Under the pieces are notes generated by a model that saw nothing but the letters and a program-made list of their open reading frames with translations, was not told the origin of the DNA and did no database searches. From Macrostomum lignano (Eukaryota): a stretch of DNA of 64,000 bases. A program made the position numbers and the translations under genes. This document shows, one piece after another, positions 55,879 to 64,000 of the stretch. Where the stretch lies: positions 124,001 through 188,000 of the forward strand of contig NIVC01001726.1 of NCBI GenBank assembly GCA_002269645.1, read 5' to 3'. Numbering within the stretch: position 1 is the first letter of the stretch; each line of letters begins with the position of its first letter.

Positions 55879-58800
55879 GCCAAACGCCAACGCGTGAGTC
55901 ATGAAGCCGGCGGTGCGCATCAGCCTGTAGGCCACCCGGTCAGGCCTCGCCGCCCACACCATGAAGCACCTGCCGTAGCAGAGGGCGCCGAAAAACGCGG
56001 CCGTGACGCAGGGAGTGCCGAACCGGGGCATCGCGTGCTGCTGCCACAGGAAGGCGTCGTCATTCTTCGGGCCGTCGCCTTCAGCGCTTTCGAGGACTGA
56101 CAAAGCCGAGTCGGCCCTAAATTTAGTCTTGGACTTCTGAGAGCTGGCCACGACAAGGGTTTGCCCGCCAAAAAGTACTTTAGACAAGTAAAGGCCCTCG
56201 CAGAAGAACACGCTGGTGCCCGTGTTGCCGCCGTAGCTTTTCTGCTCCAAGTAGGCCAAGACAATCCAGTGCCGCCAGGGAAACGTATCGGACAGCAGTG
56301 CCTGCAATCTGTATGGGGGCAAACAGGCCTCGGTTTCTAGTGGATCCCTGGCCTAACACCTGCCAGTCTATCATAACACCTGCCAGTCTGCCATAACACC
56401 TGCCAGTCTATCATAACACCTGCCAGTCTGCCATAACATCTGCCAGTCTGCCCTAACACCTTCCAGTCTATCATAACACCTGCCAGTCTGCCATAACACC
56501 TGCCAGTCTGCCATAACACCTGCCAGTCTGCCATAACACCTGCCAGTCTGCCATAACACCTGCCAGTCTATCATAACACCTGCCAGTCTGCCATAACACT
56601 CGCCAGTGTGCCATAACACTCGCCAGTCTGCTATAACACCTCCCAGTCTGCCATAACACCTGCCAGTCTGCCATAACACCTGCCAGTGTGCCATAACACC
56701 TGAAAGTCTACCATAACACCTGCCAGTCTGTCATAACACTCGCCAGTGTGCCATAACACTCGCCAGTGTGCCATAACACCTCCCAGTCTATCATAACACC
56801 TCCCAGTCTATCATAACACCTCCCAGTCTGCCATAACACTCGCCAGTGTGCCATAACACTCGCCAGTCTGCCATAACACCTCCCAGTCTATCATAACACC
56901 TGCCAGTGTGCCATAACACTCGCCAGTCTATCATAACACCTCCCAGTCTATCATAACACCCGCCAGTCTATCATAACACCTGCCAGTCTATTATAACACC
57001 TCCCAGTCTGCCATAACACCTCACAGTCTGCCATAACACCTGCCAGTCTGCCATAACACCTGCCAGTCTATCATAACACCTGCCAGTCTGCCATAACACC
57101 TGCCAGTCTATTATAATACCTCCCAGTCTATCATAACACCTCACAGTCTGCCATAACGCCTCCCAGTCCTCCAGATCACTTTCCAATCCCCCTCAGTCTC
57201 GCCAGGTGCAGCATCAGCGGAACGAGCAGGTCAACGTCCACAAAGACTCAACGGCACAGGCTGCGCTCACCCCAGCGTTAACAACCGGCTGTCGATCCGC
57301 CCGCTATCCTTAACAAACTTCCTGACCATCGGCTCCAGATTTGTCTCATACAGCTTCCTGATTTCTTCGCTCCATCGCTTCAAAATCTCCACGATGGACT
57401 CCATCCGCATTGACCAGGTGTGCAGCAGAGTCCTCACCAGCTTCTGCTTGTTTTGCAGCATCCCGCCCTGCTGCGAGATCATCACGGACACGATGGACAG
57501 CTCGCCGCTGCGCACCACCGTCCGCGCCATCGCCAGCAGGAAGGTCAGCGAGCCTCGCCAGTCCTTGCCGTCAGTGGAGTTGATCGCCAGCTCCAGCAGG
57601 CTGTTGGCCGACGCCTTGTCGGTGCCGGACATCGACCGCCAGATCGCCAGCAGCTCCTGCGACTCGGAGGAAATCATCTGCCGCAGGCGCGTGAGCTCGT
57701 GGGCCCGCTCGGCTGGTGGCAGACCGATGGAGTTGTCCAGCATCCGGCTGCCCGCCATCGCTAGCAAACAGGAGCGCTCAAATTTTCTTCTCCAGACCAA
57801 ATCCATGCGGTTGCTCATGTTGTTGACGGCGTCCAGATGCAGCTGGTCCAGCTTCGTGCGCGACTCGAGCAGCCGATATGACAAAGCCATTGAGGACGAG
57901 GAGTTGGAGCCGGGCATGGAGTTGAGATCGAACAGCTTTAGAACTGTCTTGCCGCCCATGAGCACCTTCTTCATTAGATAGGACAGCCTGTGCCGAGCGG
58001 AATAGCCAGTGGGACACCTTTTATCCCGCCGTCTGTGAGCCAGAGAGCTCCCATCCGATCCCATCTGATCCTATTTGATCCCATCTGATCCCATCTGATC
58101 CCATCTGATCCCATCTGATCCCGCCTGATCCCATCTGATCCCATCCGATCCCATCCGATCCCGTCCGATCCCATCTGATCCCATCCGATCCCATCTGATC
58201 CCATCTGATCCCATCCGATCACATCCGATCCCATCTGATCCCATCCGATCCCATCCGATCCCATCTGATCCTATCTGATCCCATTCGATCCTATCTCAGG
58301 CATCTGATCCCATCCGATCCCATCTGATCCCATCTGATCCCATCTGATCCCATCCGATCCCATCTGATCCCATCCGATCCCATCTGATCCCATCCGATCC
58401 CATCCGATCCCATCTGATCCCATCCGATCCCATCTGATCCCATCCGATCCCATCTGATCCCATCTGATCCCATCTGATCCCATCCGATCCCATCCGATCC
58501 CATCCGATCCTATCTGATCCCATCCGATCCCATCTGATCCCATCCGATCCCATCCGATCCCATCCGATCCCATCCGATCCCATCCGATCCCATCTGATCC
58601 CATCTGATCCCATCCGATCCCATCCGATCCCATCCGATCCCATCTGATCCCATCTGATCCCATCCGATCCCATCCGATCCCATCCGATCCCATCTGATCC
58701 CATCTAATCCCATCCGATCCCATCTGATCCCATCTGATCCCATCCGATCCCATCTGATTCCATCCGATCCCATCTGATCCCATCCGATCCTATCTGCTCC

Positions 58801-59337
58801 CATCCGATCCCATCCGATCCCATCCGATCCCATCCGATCCCATCTGATCCCATCCGATCCCATCCGATCCCATCTAATCCCATCCGATCCCATCTGATCC
58901 CATCTGATCCCATCCGATCCCATCTGATTCCATCCGATCCCATCTGATCCCATCCGATCCTATCTGCTCCCATCCGATCCCATCCGATCCCATCCGATCC
59001 CATCCGATCCCATCTGATCCCATCCGATCCCATCCGATCCCATCCGATCCCATCCGATCCCATCTGATCCCATCCGATCCCATCCGATCCCATCTGATCC
59101 CATCCGATCCCGCTGTCACCTCTCGGAAGAAGTTCCATCAAATTCATCCAGGTCGAGCGCGAAGGCGAGCTCCCAGTTGGCCCGGGTGACCTGGATGATG
59201 TCGCTGAGCAGCTGAGGATTCTGGCCAATTGCCGGTCCAATCAGTGGTGACGAAGCCGCCGCGGAGAGCAGGCGCAGCCAGATTACCATGGCAACTAGCG
59301 GCTGTGCTAAAAGTGCAACTCTGCCGAGTTTAAGCAT
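55876..59337 (-). CDS. Putative secreted SE-cephalotoxin/rapunzel-like protein, about 439-455 aa, three exons
   Basis: Exon 1 from ATG 59337 or 59289 to 59120 (AG|GTGACA), exon 2 57987 (or 58032) to 57271 (GG|GTGAGC), exon 3 56308-55876; phases 2 and 2 consistent. Hydrophobic N-terminus, long amphipathic helical region, and LLSDTFPWRHWIVLAY...GG...FCEG...FGGQTLVVASS. Gene structure is solid; the family is recalled similarity. Confidence 0.7.
56352..57170. repeat. Intronic 20-bp minisatellite CCATAACACCTGCCAGTCTG
   Basis: Direct reading. Confidence 0.96.
58050..59110. repeat. Intronic 10-bp repeat CCATC(C/T)GATC
   Basis: About 105 copies; fills the intron almost from donor to acceptor. Confidence 0.97.
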
Positions 59338-59759
59338 ATTTTAGATTGCAAAACATTTTCTGCCATTCAGTCAATAAGGAAGATTAAAAGTATCTCAATT
59401 TTTATTTTGGACTTCGCAAATCCTTGCAAATGAAAATTAGTCTATGGCTCGAGGTTGCTATGCCGACAGCAAGTTAAGCAGAGTTAGTTGCGGTTAGTGC
59501 ATAGCTTAATACGTGAGCTGGGGAAGTGCAGCTCTCGCCTGGTGGGTTGTCGTGCGATACTCCCATTGAGGGCCAGCCCCCAAGGCACAGGGAGTGCAAA
59601 TGCCTGTGGCCCTGTGTACGAGTTCATTGACACTCTATTGTTTTATAATATCCATAGCAACGGAAAAATGAGTTGATTTAATTCCACTACAAGCGGAGAC
59701 AAATCTGTTTATGCGCTGCATCTTAAAAGATATTCAGTAAAACCATAAAAGCACCAAAT

Positions 59760-59765
59760 TTTATT
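59760..59765 (-). terminator. Candidate polyadenylation signal AATAAA of the glucosidase gene
   Basis: TTTATT on the plus strand, about 76 nt past the stop at 59841. Confidence 0.5.
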
Positions 59766-59840
59766 TTGAATTCGCGCGATAAATCCGGAACTTTTTAATG
59801 ATTAAAACAAAATTTCAGCCCAGTTTAAATGAAAGCATTG

Positions 59841-61027
59841 TCAGAGCTCTTCTCGCCGACTCCTCTGGAACACTCTGAGCTCAAGCTGGTCGGGCTTGCA
59901 GTCAGCGGCCTTCGCAATTATGGCGTCTCCGGGCTGCATGGCAACGCCTGAGACGCTGAAATCGTTGCGATTCGCGGCTCTGAAGTCGGCAACGAGGCTC
60001 AGAGAGCGGCAGCCAGAGGCACTCAGGTCCAGCACCAGCGGCTCCGTGTTGGCACTGATGTACATCGCCACGATGTACCTGCGGGGTCAGAGGATTTCCG
60101 TTGAATCGATTCAAGTAGCCCTGAGTCAAATTGTCTAATTGTATCTATGCTTTGTGGCCCAGCAGATGAGAATCTGAGAGGCTTGCCCAGCAACTGAGGA
60201 TCTGGGAGGCTGGCCCAGCAGCTGAAGATTGGGAGGTGCCCAGCAACTGAGGATCTGGGAGGCTGGTCCAGCAACTGAGGATCCGGGAGGCTGTCCCAGT
60301 AACTGAGGATCCGGGAGGCTGGCCCAGCAACTGAGGATCTGGGAGGCTGGCCCAGGTACTGAAGATTGGGAGGTGCCCAGCAACTGACACTGGGAGGCTG
60401 GCCCAGCAGCTGAAGATTGGGAGGTGCCCAGCAACTGACACTGGGAAGCTGTCCCAGCAGCTGAAGATTGGGAGGCTGGTCCAGCAGCTGAAGATTGGGA
60501 GGCTGGTCCAGCAGCTGAGGATCTGGGGGCTGGCGGTGCCCCTGAGACTCAATCTCCATAGCCAGTTCAACTCACCCGCTGTCCCCCAGACCCCGCCAGT
60601 AGGCCAGCAGCTCAGCCTCCGTCTCCATGAGGAATCGCAGCTCGCCATCGAGGAACTCCCGCTGGCGCCGCAGCTCGGCCACGGCCTGGAAGGCAGCCAG
60701 GGTGGAGTTCGGCATCCGCAGCTGCCGGGCAACGCACTTGGCCCCGAAGCCGGACTCGACTGGCAGCCAGGGCGGCGAGGGGCCGTCGGTGAAGCCGGCC
60801 TGAGGGCCTTCGCTCCACAGCATGGGGCCGCGGGCAGGGTCGCGGCTCTGCTCGGGGAATCGCCGGCCAAGCGGGTCGACCATCTGCTCCGGCAGCAGCT
60901 GCAGGTCCGACATGCCTAACTCGTCGCCATAGTAACAGGTCGGCGTGCCCGGCAACGTCAGCAGCAATGTGTTCAAAGCTCGCACGAATCGGCCCTCGGG
61001 CGGGAAGCGGGTGGACAGGCGCGAGTT

Positions 61028-61059
<32 letters not shown>

Positions 61060-63223
61060 CGCCCTCTGGGGCGGCATTCAGGAATCGCTGAGCCGCAGTT
61101 CGCAGGCAGGCGGCGTTGCAGAATCTCCCGGAGCCGCCGCCGCCGCCGCCGCCGCGCTCAGTGCCCGAGGCGGTGAGCAGGCCAAAGTTGAAGGGGAAGT
61201 CGGCCAGCGCCTTGCCGCGCCAGCTGTAGTAGCGCATCAGCGCTGGCAGGTCGCTGTACGCCTCGGCCACGAGGAGACGCCGCCGGCCAGTGGCGCCTGC
61301 CACTTCGTCCAGTACAAGGCGCCACTCGGCCATGACGTCGTAGGTTTCGTTGTAGTCGGTGGTGAAATCGTGCCGCAGGTAGTTGTGGTCGGCCTGTCCC
61401 GGTGTAGGGAGGTTTAAAGTGCATCAGTAATTCCTGCGTGTTTTGCTCGGCTATTACGTGTTCTGTTGCTCAATAAATAAGCATCCTGTTTGTTACTAAT
61501 TAGGCTTCTAATAACTTCTGTGCCGTCACAAGCTATTGCAGTCAAGTGAGGCAAGGTAAACAACCGTTAAACACCCATCCTGCCCGCTAAACACCCGCCC
61601 TGCCCGCTAAACACCTTCCCTGCCCGCTAAACACCTTCCCTGCCCGCTAAACACCCGCCCTGCCCGCTAAACACCTTCCCTGCCCGCTAAACACCCGCCC
61701 TGCCCGCTAAACACCTTCCCTGCCCGCTAAACACCCATCCTGCCCGCTAAACACCTTCCCTGCCCGCTAAACACCCGCCCTGCCCGCTAAACACCTTCCC
61801 TGCCCGCTAAACACCCATCCTGCCCGCTAAACACCTTCCCTGCCCGCTAAACACCCATCCTGCCCGCTAAACACCCATCCTGCCCGCTAAACACCCGCCC
61901 TGCCCGCTAAACACCCATCCTGCCCGCTAAACACCTTTCCTGCCCGCTAAACACCCATCCTGCCCGCTAAACACCTTCCCTGCCCGCTAAACACCCATCC
62001 TGCCCGCTAAACACCGATCCTGCCCGCTAAACACCCGCCCTGCCCGCTAAACACCCGCCCTGCCCGCTAAACACCCGCCCTGCCCGCTAAACACCCGCCC
62101 TCCCCGCCACCTACGGGGTCATCCGTCAGTTTCTCGGCCCCGCGGCCACCGGCTCGTCCCGCAGCATTGGATCCTCGAACAAGTGCTTGACGGCGTCCAC
62201 CCGAAAGCCGTCGACTCCTCGTTCTAGCCAGAATCGAACCACGGACCGCATAGCTTCGCGCACGCCGGCGTGCCTGAAGTTCAAGTCGGGCTGCTGGGCG
62301 CAGAACTGGTGCAGGTAGCACTGGCCCCTGATCGGGTCGAACTGCCACGCGCTGCCGCCGAAGCAGCTCAGCCAGTTGTTGACGCCGCCTGGAGCTTCGC
62401 CGGCCTTTGTCTGCGGCCGGCAGTCCGTCCACACGTAGAAGTCGCCGTATGGGCCGGCGGGATCTCGGCGGCTGGCCTCGAACCAGGGGTGCCGGTCGCT
62501 TGTGTGATTTGGCACGAAATCCATCACCAGGTACATGCCTGGGTAGGTGGTCAGTAGGTAGGTAGGTGGGTAGGTAGGTAGGTAGGTAGGTAGGTAGGTA
62601 GGTAGGTAGGTAGGTGGGTAGGTAGGTAGGTAGGTAGGTAGGTAGGTAGGTAGGTAGGTAGGTAGGTAGGTAGGTAGGTTAGTAGGTAGGTAGGAGGTAA
62701 GTAGGTTAATAGGTAGGTAGGTGAGTAGGTAGACAAGTAGACAGATAGATAGGTCAGTTTGATAGATAGCTAGGAAGGTAATGAGTAGGTAGTGGTTGTA
62801 GGTAGGTATATTGGTAGGCAAGTAAGTCGATTTGTTGGTGGATAGGTAGGTAGGTAAATGGGTAGGTTGATGTTTGTTTGGGAAAGTAAACAGGTACTAA
62901 GGGGGGTAAAAGGGTCGGTACGACCGATAAGTGGCAAGCTAATACGAAAGTAGATAGGCAGGTAGGATTAAACAGTCTAAATCCCTTTATTCCTAAGAGA
63001 AAATCATGCAATCCCCAACCCGCTACTCACAAAGATGACTCACCCCGTTTGTGAATCTCCCTGACAAGCTGGTCAAAGTCGGCCAGACTCCCAAACACGG
63101 GATCAATGTCCGTGTGGTTGCTGATGTCGTAACCGAAGTCGGCCATCGGGCTGGGGTACACAGGGGACAGCCAGACGGCCCTGGCGCCCAGACCCGATAT
63201 GTAGTCGAGTTTCTCGATGATTC
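59841..63223 (-). CDS. GH13 alpha-glucosidase/maltase or rBAT(SLC3A1)-like protein, 5'-partial, with an apparent 1-nt frameshift
   Basis: Exons 63223-63044 (GIIEKLDY...WLSPVYPSPMADFGYDIS), 62538-62115 (MDFVPNHTSD, QPDLN, DGFRVDAVKH), 61393-60576 (VAEAY, NWVLGNHD, GTPTCYYGDELG, RDPARGP) and 60078-59841. All three catalytic acids are present. The N-terminal exon(s) are not in the window. Confidence 0.92.
60150..60530. repeat. Intronic 28-30-bp minisatellite CCAGCAACTGAGGATCTGGGAGGCTGGC
   Basis: Degenerate tandem copies in the last glucosidase intron. Confidence 0.9.
61565..62100. repeat. Intronic 20-bp minisatellite CCTGCCCGCTAAACACCCAT
   Basis: About 26 copies ending about 13 nt from the donor at 62114. 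Confidence 0.97.
62555..62760. repeat. (GGTA)n microsatellite with decayed extension
   Basis: Direct reading. Confidence 0.95.
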
Positions 63224-63284
63224 CTGGAAAATTGAAGAAAAACAAAAAGACAAAAACTCTGTTCGTTAGAATCGACCAAGAAGG

Positions 63285-63410
63285 ACCGGTGTACACCCTG
63301 AGTGAGTGCGTAGAGTACTGGCGCGCTTCTGTGTGCTCAGGAGTCAACGGAATGTGCAGAATTGCCTCAGCGCTGCATGGCTGTGGGACGATGCCGCCGA
63401 TGGCTACACT
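63285..63410 (-). repeat. Dispersed repeat family, copy 3 (glucosidase intron, inverted)
   Basis: Reverse complement reads GGCGGCATCGTCCCACAGCCATGCAGCGCTGAGGCAATTCTGCACATTCCGTTGACTCCTGAGCACACAGAAGCGCGCC...CAGGGTGTACAC, matching copies 1 and 2. Confidence 0.82.
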
Positions 63411-63794
63411 CCAGAATGTCGATGAAGAGTCACCTTGGAAACGACCAAGACAAAACAGCACTTCTAGCGCCTGCCACCTCTTTTTGAGAGCTGTTTTTCT
63501 CGCAAGTGGGCGATAGAGGATTCTCCGGTAGATTGAAACTGGGACCCAGGTGCGCTCTGGGTTATGCTAATTAGTCTGTCATCAATTTGGATGCTTCACG
63601 AATCCTTGAGAGTGGGGCATGGCAACTGCGGTCGTTTGTTGGGGAACTGCTTTGAAGACGCTTGCTTTGTTGCTTTGCCACCTGTGACACTCTCGGGTCG
63701 GCTGCGAGATTTTGAGATTTTTGTGTCTTCTGTTCAATGGACAGTATCAGTTGTGAGATATTTCTCACACCACCTGAGATATCTTTGTGTCCAC

Positions 63795-64000
63795 CCGTTA
63801 GATCACCAGTGCCACCTTTTAGATCACCAGTGTCACCTGTTAGATCACCAGTGTCACCTGTTAGACCACCAGTGTCACCTGTTAGACCACCAGTGTCACC
63901 TGTTAGACCACCAGTGTCACCTGTTAGACCACCAGTGCCACCTGTTAGACCACCAGTGTCACCTGTTAGATCACCAGTGTCACCTGTTAGACCACCAGTG
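63795..64000. repeat. 21-bp minisatellite GTTAGACCACCAGTGTCACCT, runs off the window end
   Basis: Direct reading. Confidence 0.95.

Noticed and set aside
58050-59110. CCG/CTG unit variants as evidence of CpG methylation-driven decay
   Set aside because: Other arrays (47250-47830, 61565-62100) keep their CpGs intact, and one early mutation spread by slippage explains the pattern.
59283-59296. Near-perfect X-box GTTGCCATGGTAAT at the toxin-like gene
   Set aside because: It coincides with a GCCATGG start-codon context, which explains the match.
62555-62760. (GGTA)n and other G-rich arrays as telomeric repeats
   Set aside because: Not TTAGGG-like, and located inside introns.
63260-63461. N-terminal extension of the 144-aa ORF as the glucosidase first exon
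   Set aside because: It is upstream of a strong polypyrimidine acceptor (63224), overlaps dispersed-repeat copy 3, and lacks the expected YQIYPRSF motif.

Overview
Eukaryotic (animal) genomic DNA, not prokaryotic. It has GC-rich exons with GT-AG introns, AT-rich spacers and about 25 minisatellite/microsatellite arrays (roughly 17-18 kb, about a quarter of the window by my boundary estimates). This style suggests a free-living flatworm such as Macrostomum, which is inference only. By hand-splicing with consistent exon phases I reconstruct ten genes. On the minus strand: three orphan genes (about 1054, 446 and 1000 aa), TRNAU1AP/SECp43, an NFIL3/vrille-type bZIP, a possible PH-PTB adaptor, a secreted SE-cephalotoxin/rapunzel-like protein, and a 5'-incomplete GH13 alpha-glucosidase/rBAT-like gene. 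On the plus strand: a FoxC/FoxL1-class forkhead gene and TTC39. Mobile DNA comprises an intact DD34D mariner in TRNAU1AP intron 1, a hAT MITE nested in another hAT MITE (both with TSDs), a tRNA-derived SINE, Gypsy gag and LINE remnants, and a 3-copy dispersed repeat. Best leads: the toxin-like secreted protein; a 180-aa ORF joining a PIP-box-like motif to a LINE-derived CCHC domain behind a candidate promoter element; a dense cluster of PAR/C-EBP sites upstream of the bZIP gene (possible autoregulation); one minisatellite family seeded at four loci in both orientations; and the intact mariner. All family assignments come from motif recognition by eye; no database search was run.
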